Notes under the pieces: generated by a model | What the model saw: the letters and a program-made list of their open reading frames with translations, nothing else | What the model was told of the DNA's origin: nothing | Database searches by the model: none | Translations under genes and position numbers: made by a program | From: Nitrosococcus oceani ATCC 19707 | GTDB taxonomy: Bacteria; Pseudomonadota; Gammaproteobacteria; Nitrosococcales; Nitrosococcaceae | DNA: 32,000 bases | Assembly (NCBI RefSeq): GCF_000012805.1 | Contig: NC_007484.1 | Span: 2,070,001 to 2,102,000 of the forward strand | Direction: 5' to 3' | Shown: positions 9,392-18,006 of the stretch, piece after piece | How the letters are laid out: each line of letters begins with the position of its first letter | Position numbering within the stretch: position 1 is the first letter of the stretch

Positions 9392-11404
9392 TTACCCCTT
9401 ATTTAAGGGATTGAGTAACAAGGGCATGGGACAATCTATCGCCGCGGAGAAGGCGCGTAACAATTCGGCCTCTATTACAGAAACATGATTGTTTACCGTA
9501 ATAGAAGCAGCACATGCCTTCAAAACACGGGGTTTGAGCAATGGCTTGAGCAACGCTAATCGATCAATTGCAGTATCAAGTTCATTTAAATTAATGATTG
9601 AACTTTGTAGTAGCTTTATATGGATATTATCCAACTGTCTTTTTGCTGCATTAAAAGCTTTTTCAGCATCCTTGTAATTATCATGCTCGGCATGAACTAA
9701 TAAAGACAATAGAATACCAATTTCATTTTCTAACTGAGATAGAGCGGAATATTTCCCGGTAACGGAAAATACTGAAGGTTTGTTAAACCCAGAATCCAAA
9801 TTATGGAAGACAATCTTCTGTAGAGCCCACTGAAAAATACTAATTTTATTATCTGCCTCAATCAATACGGAAAGATTCTTTTTAAATAATTGGTATTGTG
9901 ATGGCGATAGCTGGCGCATTGAAGCAATGCTGATTTCTATCAAGGGTAACCGAAATTGATTCCCCAAGGCATCAACGAGGGTTAATAATCGAGCCGTTAA
10001 CTCATGAACACCTTGATCTCCCTGCTTTTCTAAATGCTCTAACTGCGATTTTCGAACCTCGGAGTCCTTATTTATAACTAAGGCATGAATTAAGGCTCTA
10101 GCGCCATAAGGTTCCCGCACTGCTTCAATAAGCTCATTAGGGACTTGGTCAATAAGGGCATGTGCATACTCCAGATGTTGCTGCTGAGGACGGCCAACGT
10201 TATTCATGGCAAAAGCAATATCCGCCACTGCTGGAGAAATCGCACCCTGAAAAGGAAAGCTTTGATTCGCTACTGGCTCTGGGGTCTCCGTGGAGATTAT
10301 TTCATCGGCTTGGCGTCCGGCTTCCAGGAATTCCCCGTTCCAATGGGGTTGAATACGACGAATCCGATCGCCCAAAGGAGGATGGGTTGCCAAAAAGGAA
10401 GCTAGCATTGAACGAACACCATTAGCAAAAAAGGCATGGCTTACCTCTGCTGCCGAGGGGCTTTCTAATGTTGAACCTTCAGCAAAACCTCCAATTTTTC
10501 TTAAAGCATCGGCTATACCATCCGGATTACGGGTAAATTGCACGGCGGAAGCATCGGCAAGGTATTCCCGTTGGCGGCTTACCGATGCTTTAATAAGACT
10601 GCCAAAAAAAGATCCAACAGAACCAATCGCCACTAACCCAAGCCCCAAGACAACGGTGGCAGCTGTACTATCGCTCCGCCTCCTTCGAGAGGAACTTCTG
10701 TAACGTAATAAATAAGAACCGATAATACTAATTATCAATATGCCATGGAGCAAACCCATCAATCTAATATTGAGTCGTATATCGCCATTAAGAATATGAC
10801 TAAATTCATGGGCAATCACTCCCTGTAGCTGATCGCGGTTTAAATGCCGTATACTACCTTCGGTCACTCCAATTACTGCATCGCCTGGCGTAAAACCAGC
10901 AGCAAAAGCATTAATCCCTGCCTCTGGTAAGACATAAACAAGGGGCACGGGCGTACCAGAGGCGATTGCCATTTCCTCAACGATATTAAGTACTCTACGC
11001 TCCGATGGTAGCTCGGTATTTGGGCGAATCAAACGTCCGCCCAACATTTCCGCAACCACTTTACCGCCAGAGGAAAGCGCCATAATTTTATAAAAACTCG
11101 CCGCAGCCACAATAGCCGTGACTATAAACCCAACGCCAAAAAACATTTGCCAATCGAATACGCGCAAAAAGGCTTTCCAGAAAGCCCATGAAAGGATATC
11201 CGCGGAATTGCCACCGCTTGCTAAAAGGCTATCGGCATAACGGCCCATTACCAAATCATTACCAAAATAGGCCGAGAACGCCCCCATAAATGCCATCACC
11301 AAAAAATTGGTCAGCAGGACCAATACCATTACCGCAACAATAAAAAGCAGGACAAAGCGGTTTGTATTCCGACGGGCATCATTTTGCGCTTGAAAAAAAT
11401 CCAT
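9392..11404 (-). CDS. M48-family zinc metallopeptidase (HtpX-like membrane protease) with a long C-terminal extension (670 aa)
   Basis: It carries an HExxH motif (VIAHEFSHILNGD) between N-terminal TM helices, plus a downstream REYLADASAV glutamate motif typical of M48. The C-terminal approximately 270 aa has no motif I recognise. It lies directly downstream of LemA on the same strand. Confidence 0.85.
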   Translation of the reverse strand: MDFFQAQNDARRNTNRFVLLFIVAVMVLVLLTNFLVMAFMGAFSAYFGNDLVMGRYADSLLASGGNSADILSWAFWKAFLRVFDWQMFFGVGFIVTAIVAAASFYKIMALSSGGKVVAEMLGGRLIRPNTELPSERRVLNIVEEMAIASGTPVPLVYVLPEAGINAFAAGFTPGDAVIGVTEGSIRHLNRDQLQGVIAHEFSHILNGDIRLNIRLMGLLHGILIISIIGSYLLRYRSSSRRRRSDSTAATVVLGLGLVAIGSVGSFFGSLIKASVSRQREYLADASAVQFTRNPDGIADALRKIGGFAEGSTLESPSAAEVSHAFFANGVRSMLASFLATHPPLGDRIRRIQPHWNGEFLEAGRQADEIISTETPEPVANQSFPFQGAISPAVADIAFAMNNVGRPQQQHLEYAHALIDQVPNELIEAVREPYGARALIHALVINKDSEVRKSQLEHLEKQGDQGVHELTARLLTLVDALGNQFRLPLIEISIASMRQLSPSQYQLFKKNLSVLIEADNKISIFQWALQKIVFHNLDSGFNKPSVFSVTGKYSALSQLENEIGILLSLLVHAEHDNYKDAEKAFNAAKRQLDNIHIKLLQSSIINLNELDTAIDRLALLKPLLKPRVLKACAASITVNNHVSVIEAELLRAFSAAIDCPMPLLLNPLNKG

Positions 11405-11434
11405 GGGACACCAATTTCAATGGAAAGGCTTTTA

Positions 11435-12031
11435 TTAAAATGAAATGCTTGGAACGGCCTGAATAGCTTGGCTATCCTCAAACTGTAATAATGCCGAATC
11501 CGGACCATGGCCAAACATACCAGCAAGCATGTTCTGCGGAAATGATTGTTTATAAGTATTGTAATGCATGACCGCATCGTTAAACGATTGTCTGGCGAAG
11601 GCAACTCTGTTTTCTGTACTCGTCAGCTCTTCGCTGAGCTGCATCATATTTTGGTTGGCTTTAAGATCGGGGTAATCTTCCACAACAATATTAAGCTTAC
11701 CAAGCGCACCAGTAAGCGTTTGCTCCGCATGGGATAACCGATTAATTGCATCCCCACTGCCAGGATCAGAAGCAGCTTGCCTCAAATCTGTCACCGCCTG
11801 GTTTCTAGCAGCAATGACCGCCTCCAGGGTTTTTCGCTCGTGTTGCAAGTATCCTTTAGCTGTTTCTACTAGATTAGGGATTAAATCATAGCGGCGTTTT
11901 AACTGAACCTCGATTTGTGCAAACGCATTTTTATAGCGGTTTTTAAAGGCTACTAGTCGATTGTAAATCACAATGACATACAAAATCATTGCTACGATTA
12001 CCCCTAAAGCAATAATACCCGTCATTCCCAT
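11435..12031 (-). CDS. lemA: LemA family protein
   Basis: YNRLVAFKNRYKNAFAQIEVQLKRRYDLIPNLVETAKGYLQHERKTLEAVIAARNQ and EDYPDLKANQNMMQLSEELTSTENRVAFARQSFNDAVMHYN match the LemA consensus. I placed the start at the ATG at 12031 (MGMTGIIALGV..., just before the TM anchor) rather than the track's 12073. The start is uncertain. Confidence 0.85.
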   Translation of the reverse strand: MGMTGIIALGVIVAMILYVIVIYNRLVAFKNRYKNAFAQIEVQLKRRYDLIPNLVETAKGYLQHERKTLEAVIAARNQAVTDLRQAASDPGSGDAINRLSHAEQTLTGALGKLNIVVEDYPDLKANQNMMQLSEELTSTENRVAFARQSFNDAVMHYNTYKQSFPQNMLAGMFGHGPDSALLQFEDSQAIQAVPSISF

Positions 12032-12239
12032 TGAAAGACCTCTATATGTAAAAAATATTTTGTAGAAAACCAATAATAATGCTAAAGCGCCTCTACGAAT
12101 CCTTTCACTAATCCTTAAGTAAGAGCTAATCCCCCCTAATAGATATTACCCATAAGAGGCTCCCCTACCGAATGAGGACTTATACCTTTACACTATCGGT
12201 TAATCTGCTGATATATTGATTACAAGATAGGCCCACAGC

Positions 12240-13322
12240 GTGAAAACTATCGCTTACTTTATCACCTCCCATGGTTTTGGCCATGCGGCGCGAGCCTGCG
12301 CGGTCATGGACGCATTACGGAAAAATCTTTCTAAAATCCAATTTGAAATTTATACTCAGGTTCCCCCTTGGTTCTTCCAAGGCTCCCTACAGGGAAATTT
12401 TAATTATCATGCCTTGCTAACCGATATTGGCATTGTTCAGAAATCGCCCTTACATGAAGATTTGAAGCACACGCTACATGCTCTTGACCGCTTCCTTCCT
12501 TTTAACCCCTCTCAAGTGGTTAGACTTGCCAAGCAAATCCAAAAAAACCAATGTGAGCTTATGCTATGCGATATCTCGCCTTTGGGAATCACAGTAGCCA
12601 AGGAAGCAGAAATACCGGCAGTTCTCATTGAAAACTTCACCTGGGATTGGATTTACCAAAGTTACCTTAGCCAGCATCCAGAAATCGGCAAATATATTGA
12701 TTTTTTTAAGGGTTTATTTGAAACAGCGGATTATCATATTCAAACTCAACCAGCTTGCCACCCCACACCGGTTGATTTAACCACTCCGCCCGTTTCCCGA
12801 AAAGCCAGACTTTTTAGGCAACAAATTCGAAGCAAACTCAGCCTGCCTCAGAATGCTCCAGTTATTTTAATTAGCATGGGCGGCATTCCCCCAGGACACT
12901 ACCCCTTTCTAGCGCAAATAGCTGCCCAGCAAGCCCTGTTTTTTATCATTCCCGGGGTGGGTGAGAGTCTACAACGTCATGAAAATATAGTTTTTTTACC
13001 CCACCATTCCGAATTTTTCCATCCGGATTTAATCCAAGCCTCGGATCTGGTATTGGGAAAGCTAGGCTACAGTACCCTGGCCGAAACCTACTGGGCGGGC
13101 ATCCCATTTGGCTATATCATCCGAACCCATTTCCGGGAATCAGAGATACTCGATAAATTTGCGAAAAAAGAGATGGACGGTTTTGCCATGAATGAAACCC
13201 AATTTAACAGGGGCGATTGGATTTCCCAATTACCTTATTATCTCAATTTACCTTCCCGGGAGCGTTTTGGCCCTAATGGCTCTGAGCAAATAGCTCGCTT
13301 TATTCTCTCTTTGTCACCATAA
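12240..13322 (+). CDS. GT-B fold glycosyltransferase (MurG / UDP-glycosyltransferase-like, 360 aa)
   Basis: GTG start. The N-terminal motif IAYFITSHGFGHAARA and the C-terminal GKLGYSTLAETYWAGIPFGYI resemble GT1/GT28-type sugar-nucleotide-binding motifs. Confidence 0.6.
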   Translation: MKTIAYFITSHGFGHAARACAVMDALRKNLSKIQFEIYTQVPPWFFQGSLQGNFNYHALLTDIGIVQKSPLHEDLKHTLHALDRFLPFNPSQVVRLAKQIQKNQCELMLCDISPLGITVAKEAEIPAVLIENFTWDWIYQSYLSQHPEIGKYIDFFKGLFETADYHIQTQPACHPTPVDLTTPPVSRKARLFRQQIRSKLSLPQNAPVILISMGGIPPGHYPFLAQIAAQQALFFIIPGVGESLQRHENIVFLPHHSEFFHPDLIQASDLVLGKLGYSTLAETYWAGIPFGYIIRTHFRESEILDKFAKKEMDGFAMNETQFNRGDWISQLPYYLNLPSRERFGPNGSEQIARFILSLSP

Positions 13323-13337
13323 ATTCACAGGCAACCC

Positions 13338-14222
13338 ATGGCAAGGCAAAAAAAAATAAACCCTTTTCAAGTCTTTCTTACCGTTTGGCAATTGGGGCGT
13401 CAGCGCCCCCTTGTTTTGCTACTACTGGTGCTGACAAGCGGATTCTGGTATGGCTACGAACTGTATATTGCCCGCCCCGGAATGGTATACATGGGGGTTC
13501 CCAAAGCTCAAAATTGGAAACAGCCCCATACCTGGACCCGAATTTTCCGTAATGATGGCTTTATGGTGGGCTATTCGGACCTGCGGGGTAACCCCCTATG
13601 GGTCAGTTACAAGGTCGAAACCATACCCGATAACGCGCCTTACTATAAACGCCCTCAGCGGTTCAGCGCCGACTGGCGCAATCTAACCCATATCGCCCAC
13701 GATGATTACCGCCACAGTGGCTACGACCGGGGCCACATGGCGCCCAACTATGCGATTAGCCGGCTTTATGGAGAACAGGCTCAGCTGGATACTTTTCTCA
13801 TGACCAATATCACTCCGCAAAAACCCAAATTGAATCAAAAATTGTGGCAGCGCCTAGAAGAAGTAGAAATTAATCATTTCACCAAGCGGTTCAAAACGAT
13901 TTGGGTATTCACCGGTCCAATTTTCGATCCTAATATCGAGCGGCTTAAATCCTCATACCGGGTGGAAATACCCGATGCCTTTTACAAAATCTATTTCGCC
14001 CCCTCGCATGAGAAAATGCTTGCCTTTATCGTGAAGCAAGAAGGGGTGCGGGGTAAAGAGCCCCTAGATAAATTTCTGGTCAGTGTTGATGACGTGGAAA
14101 AGCAAACCGGCTTTGATTTTTTCCATGAACTAGAAGACACTTTGGAGGAGCAATTGGAATCCTCCACCGAACCGGACCCCTGGCAACTGAAGGAGGTCGC
14201 CCGGTTACCCGCCCGCTATTAA
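13338..14222 (+). CDS. DNA/RNA non-specific endonuclease (beta-beta-alpha-Me, Serratia NucA/EndoG family) with an N-terminal membrane anchor (294 aa)
   Basis: It has the catalytic DRGHMAPN motif and a downstream N (TNITPQ) typical of Endonuclease_NS. An N-terminal hydrophobic helix reads PLVLLLLVLTSGFWYGY. It starts 15 nt after the glycosyltransferase stop. Confidence 0.85.
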   Translation: MARQKKINPFQVFLTVWQLGRQRPLVLLLLVLTSGFWYGYELYIARPGMVYMGVPKAQNWKQPHTWTRIFRNDGFMVGYSDLRGNPLWVSYKVETIPDNAPYYKRPQRFSADWRNLTHIAHDDYRHSGYDRGHMAPNYAISRLYGEQAQLDTFLMTNITPQKPKLNQKLWQRLEEVEINHFTKRFKTIWVFTGPIFDPNIERLKSSYRVEIPDAFYKIYFAPSHEKMLAFIVKQEGVRGKEPLDKFLVSVDDVEKQTGFDFFHELEDTLEEQLESSTEPDPWQLKEVARLPARY

Positions 14223-14228
14223 GAAATA

Positions 14229-15032
14229 TTAGGGAGATTTTAGCCGCTCCAGCCTTAACCGGTGTCTGGCGTCTGTCGACCAGTAAACAGCCCCCAAAAC
14301 GGCGATCACTGATCCGAACGCCGTACCGCCAGCAATCAAAAACATAATCAACATTTGATATTTCACCGCTTCCATGGGCTCGGCGCCGGCCAAAATCTGA
14401 CCGGTCATCATTCCTGGTAAAGACACCAGGCCCGTAGCGGCCATGGTGTTGATAATGGGCATCAAGGCGCTGCGCAGGGCAGTCTGCACCACAGGAAGGG
14501 TAGCCTGCCAGCGGGTGGCCCCCAAGGTCAGTTGGGCTTCCACAGCATTACGATCCCGCACCAAGCTGGCTAAAAGGCTATGTAGCCCCAAGCTGATCCC
14601 GGTCATGGTATTTCCCAAAATCATGCCTAGCAGGGGCAAGGTATAGCGGGGATCATACCAAGGATCGGGCCGGATTTGCGTCGTTAAGGCAAAAACGGTG
14701 ACCAGGCTGGCCGCCAGCAGCATACATCCCGTCCCCAGACCATAGGACCAAAACCCGCTCATCCTGCGTTCCTGGCGAGCCATGATTTCCCGCCCGGCAA
14801 AAAGAATCATGACCAAGGCGGCGAGGCCGGTCCAGCCCGGCGAAGACAGGGCAAAAAGAGTTTTGAGCACTAACCCTACAAGAGCTAGCTGCACAATCAT
14901 GCGAAAGGTGGCGATGAGGAGTTGCCGTTCCAGTCCAAGATTCAAGCAAAAGGACAAAGCACCATTGAGAATCACCAATACCGAGGCAATGGCCAGATCG
15001 AAAACGCCAAGAGAAATATAATTCAAAGCCAC
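14229..15032 (-). CDS. fetB: ABC-type iron export permease, FetB/YbbM (UPF0014) family
   Basis: LGATRWQATLPVVQTALRSALMPIINTMAATGLVSLPGMMTGQILAGAEPMEAVKYQ aligns with E. coli FetB (...GLVSLPGMMSGLIFAG...). The start is uncertain. The GTG at 15032 overlaps the fetA stop by 10 nt, and the track's alternative start is 15068. Confidence 0.8.
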   Translation of the reverse strand: MALNYISLGVFDLAIASVLVILNGALSFCLNLGLERQLLIATFRMIVQLALVGLVLKTLFALSSPGWTGLAALVMILFAGREIMARQERRMSGFWSYGLGTGCMLLAASLVTVFALTTQIRPDPWYDPRYTLPLLGMILGNTMTGISLGLHSLLASLVRDRNAVEAQLTLGATRWQATLPVVQTALRSALMPIINTMAATGLVSLPGMMTGQILAGAEPMEAVKYQMLIMFLIAGGTAFGSVIAVLGAVYWSTDARHRLRLERLKSP

Positions 15033-15658
15033 GCCTCGCGGACATGGCCCTTTTCCAAAAAAAGGCAACGCTGGGCGACCCGCCGGGCCTGGGCTGGATC
15101 ATGGGTTACCCAAAGGATACCGGTGCCTATCGTCAGGCATTCCCTAAGAACCCGTTCAACTGCGCAGGTGGTGTTATTATCCAATCCAGAGGTGGGTTCA
15201 TCCAACAGCAATACCCGCGGCTCCAAAGCCAGTGCTCGGACTAAGGCAAGACGCTGGCGCTCCCCAGTAGATAAACGCTCTACGGTTCGGTTTTTGACCA
15301 CCCTAGGCAAATTCAGGGCTTCTAACCATGGATTTACAGCCTCCCAGTCGGGGAAGTGGTCAATCACATAGTCACCCCACCAGCCTGGTTCGGAAGGTAA
15401 ATAAACCACCTGCCGCCGCCACTGGGGCGCGGGAATAGAGTCCCAGGATTTACCATCCAGGCTGATCTCGCCCTCACGGGGGTCTAAATCAGCAAGGGCG
15501 CGCAGTAGCAAGCTCTTGCCGGCACCAGAGGGACCCTGCACGGCCATGCACTCTCCATCTGCTAAGCTAAAGGAGACAGAAGATAATCCCATCCGCCGTA
15601 AGCGATGAACGATTAGCAGTAGACTAGCACCTCCTCCAGCAATCAGGCCCAACAACAA
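15023..15658 (-). CDS. fetA: ABC transporter ATP-binding protein, FetA/YbbL-like
   Basis: It has Walker A (GPSGAGKS), the ABC signature (LSTGERQRL) and Walker B (LLLDEPTSGLD). It is paired with the fetB-like permease. The annotated start is a TTG and is uncertain. Confidence 0.8.
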   Translation of the reverse strand: MLLGLIAGGGASLLLIVHRLRRMGLSSVSFSLADGECMAVQGPSGAGKSLLLRALADLDPREGEISLDGKSWDSIPAPQWRRQVVYLPSEPGWWGDYVIDHFPDWEAVNPWLEALNLPRVVKNRTVERLSTGERQRLALVRALALEPRVLLLDEPTSGLDNNTTCAVERVLRECLTIGTGILWVTHDPAQARRVAQRCLFLEKGHVREAWL

Positions 15659-15797
15659 CAGATACCCTTACGTCCTCTCGTAAGTCTAAGCTATCACCAA
15701 GAGGCCGTAATTTATTCTTTTATCAAAATCAATTACAACGGAATACCACGCAAACGCTATATTCTCCACAGGCCACAAGGGTAGTTCCCTGGCGAAG

Positions 15798-15816
15798 TAA
15801 AGTAGTTCATACTTTA
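15798..15816. promoter_or_regulatory. Perfect interrupted dyad TAAAGTA-N5-TACTTTA, a candidate LysR-type operator (T-N11-A style), immediately upstream of the metR-like start
   Basis: Read directly: taaagta gttca tacttta. GTAGTTC also occurs as a direct repeat at 15781 and 15802, which is 21 nt or two helical turns apart. The dyad sits in the 161-nt divergent fetA / metR-like intergenic region. Confidence 0.35.
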
Positions 15817-15819
15817 ACT

Positions 15820-16770
15820 ATGTTTATCGAACTTCGTCATCTCCGAACTTTACTCAGTCTCCGGGAAACGGGTAGCGTCAGTCAAGCTGCCGAGCGCCTG
15901 CATTTAACCCAATCGGCGGTCTCTCACCAGCTAAAAGCCTTGGAAGAACATTTTGAATGCCCCTTGTTTACCAGAAAAAGTCATCCCCTACGGCTAACGT
16001 CCGCGGGTCAGCGCTTGCTAGAACTGGCAACCACCATCTTACCCCAGGTGGAAGCGGCAGAGCGGGAACTGGCTTCCATGGCGGATGGACGCGCCGGACG
16101 GCTCCATATCGCTGTGGAATGCCATAGCTGCTTCCAATGGCTCCTGCCTTCCATGGATATCTTTCGTAACCGCTGGCCGGAGGTAGAAATGGATCTTTCC
16201 CTTGGCTTTAACTTCGAACCGCTACCGGCCCTAGAACGGGGCGATATCGATCTGGTGGTAACTTCCGATCCCCTCGATCTACCCAATATTAGCTATGAAG
16301 CCTTATTCCGATTTCAAGGCATGCTGGTGGTCCCCCCCCGCCACCACCTAGGCGCCAAGGCTTGGGTAGAACCCGCTGATCTCAAAAAGGAAATTTTGAT
16401 TACCTACCCCGTGGGCCGGGATCGGCTGAGCCTTTATACTCATTTTCTAGATCCGGCTGGCATCGAACCCGCCGGTCAGCGAACCGCGGAGCTTACCCTC
16501 ATGATCCTGCAACTAGTAGCCAATAATCGAGGCGTGGCCGCGCTCCCTAACTGGGCCATTGTCGAGGAAATAAAGCAAGGCGCGGTAAAAGCCCTCCCCC
16601 TAGGCAAGGAGGGACTATGGGCGACTCTCTTTACCGCGGTACGGGCGGAGGAAAAGGAGCGATTCTTCATGCAGGATTTTATCCAATTAGCGCGGGAGAC
16701 CTGCTTTCAAAACCTCTCTGGAATTCTGCCTGCCTCAGCGGATTACCCTTCTAATCACGCACTATTTTAA
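15820..16770 (+). CDS. metR: LysR-family transcriptional regulator, MetR-like (316 aa)
   Basis: The N-terminal wHTH LRHLRTLLSLRETGSVSQAAERLHLTQSAVSHQLKALEE, together with RLHIAVECHSCFQWLLP, WPEVEMD and GVAALPNWA, aligns along its length with E. coli MetR (IAIECHSCIQWLTP, WPQVEMD, GIAALPHW). Confidence 0.8.
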   Translation: MFIELRHLRTLLSLRETGSVSQAAERLHLTQSAVSHQLKALEEHFECPLFTRKSHPLRLTSAGQRLLELATTILPQVEAAERELASMADGRAGRLHIAVECHSCFQWLLPSMDIFRNRWPEVEMDLSLGFNFEPLPALERGDIDLVVTSDPLDLPNISYEALFRFQGMLVVPPRHHLGAKAWVEPADLKKEILITYPVGRDRLSLYTHFLDPAGIEPAGQRTAELTLMILQLVANNRGVAALPNWAIVEEIKQGAVKALPLGKEGLWATLFTAVRAEEKERFFMQDFIQLARETCFQNLSGILPASADYPSNHALF

Positions 16771-16787
16771 TAACGGATAGAATATAT

Positions 16788-17597
16788 ATGCTCCCCGATC
16801 TGAAACAACTTAGTGAAATCGTCATCAACACCGCCCAAGAACAGTTGCTACCCCGATTCGCGGAAATAGGCAGCCGGCAAAAAGCCGATGGGAGCTTGTT
16901 GACCGACGCGGATCTGGCCATGCAAAACCAAATAGGTAATCTTTTGGCCGACCGCTGGCCGGCATTTGACTTTCTCAGCGAGGAAATGGATGAGAAAATA
17001 CAAACCCGCCTACTCGCAAACACCGATAAAGGAGTGTGGTGCCTCGATCCGCTTGATGGCACCCGTAATTTCGCTGCTGGCATTCCTTGCTTCGGCGTCT
17101 CCCTAGCCCTGATTTTAAAACAGGAAGTGGTGCTAGGATTGGTGTATGATCCCCTGCGTGGTGACTGCTTCAGCGCGCAAAAAGACCAGGGAGCGTGGCT
17201 CAACGGCAACCTGCTTGGCCGCCGCCGCCCTAGCTTTTCCCTGCAGGAAGGAATCGGATTAGTCGATTTTAAACGCCTCCCCCCAGCATTAGCCACTCGC
17301 CTGGCTACGGCGCCACCCTATAGCTCCCAGCGAAGCTTAGGCTCGGTAGCCCTGGACTGGTGCTGGATCGCCGCCGGTCATGGCCACGTATACCTCCACG
17401 GCAGACAAAAGCTCTGGGATTACGCCGCAGGCAGTTTAATACTGAGCGAAGCGGGCGGCCATGCCTTAAGTTTAGCGGGGGAACCTGTCTTCCGCGCTAC
17501 CTTGGAGCCGCGCTCAGTGGCCGCGGCCCTGGAAGAGAGCTTGTTTAATGAATGGATCGCCTGGTTAGGCATTGATTCCAAAATGGGTGCTCAATAA
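16788..17597 (+). CDS. Inositol monophosphatase family protein (SuhB/CysQ-like, 269 aa)
   Basis: It carries the IMPase motifs FLSEEMDE, WCLDPLDGTRNF and WDYAAGSLILSEAGG. Confidence 0.85.
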   Translation: MLPDLKQLSEIVINTAQEQLLPRFAEIGSRQKADGSLLTDADLAMQNQIGNLLADRWPAFDFLSEEMDEKIQTRLLANTDKGVWCLDPLDGTRNFAAGIPCFGVSLALILKQEVVLGLVYDPLRGDCFSAQKDQGAWLNGNLLGRRRPSFSLQEGIGLVDFKRLPPALATRLATAPPYSSQRSLGSVALDWCWIAAGHGHVYLHGRQKLWDYAAGSLILSEAGGHALSLAGEPVFRATLEPRSVAAALEESLFNEWIAWLGIDSKMGAQ

Positions 17598-17957
17598 CTT
17601 CCCTTTTCCCCAGGAAGAATAACTTCAGGCTAGGACAATCCTGAAGGAAAGAGGTATTCCCCTCTCTAAGAAAAATTCCCGTGGCACATCAAGGTAACAA
17701 ATTGGAGTTTCGCCATGACTGATTTCAATTTTGTTCCTACAAACCTTCATCCGCCTGGAGAATGCGCGGCTCCTCGCAGCCTTCGGCGAAAGGGTTTCCT
17801 TGGCCTCCGTTGGTTTGCGCTACTCCTCGCCCATTCACTTCAGGTGCTCTCCACCCTAGGTTCCGTAAACAAGCGTGTACTACCGCCCATTCATGGCAAA
17901 AAACAAGCAATTTTGGCCCTCCCGCTCGATACCCCGTTTCACTTCGCCTGTCTGCGG

Positions 17958-17978
17958 GCCTGCCTGCTGCAGGCAGGC
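17958..17978 (+). other. GC-rich hairpin (9-bp stem gcctgcctg / caggcaggc with a 3-nt loop) in the mgtE 5' leader
   Basis: Read directly from the sequence. It lies about 30 nt upstream of the mgtE ATG, just before the purine-rich AGGGGG. No T-tract follows, so it is not an intrinsic terminator. Confidence 0.4.
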
Positions 17979-18006
17979 ACCCTCGTTAGGGGGTCCTTAA
18001 ACATCC

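Noticed and set aside
14653-15371. ORFs 14653..15102 (-) and 14922..15371 (+) across the fetA/fetB junction
   Set aside because: They are alternative frames over well-supported fetB and fetA coding sequence. Their translations lack any motif.
16751-17296. Minus-strand ORF of 181 aa
   Set aside because: It is antisense to the inositol-monophosphatase-family gene, and its Arg/Ser-rich translation is typical of a shadow frame.
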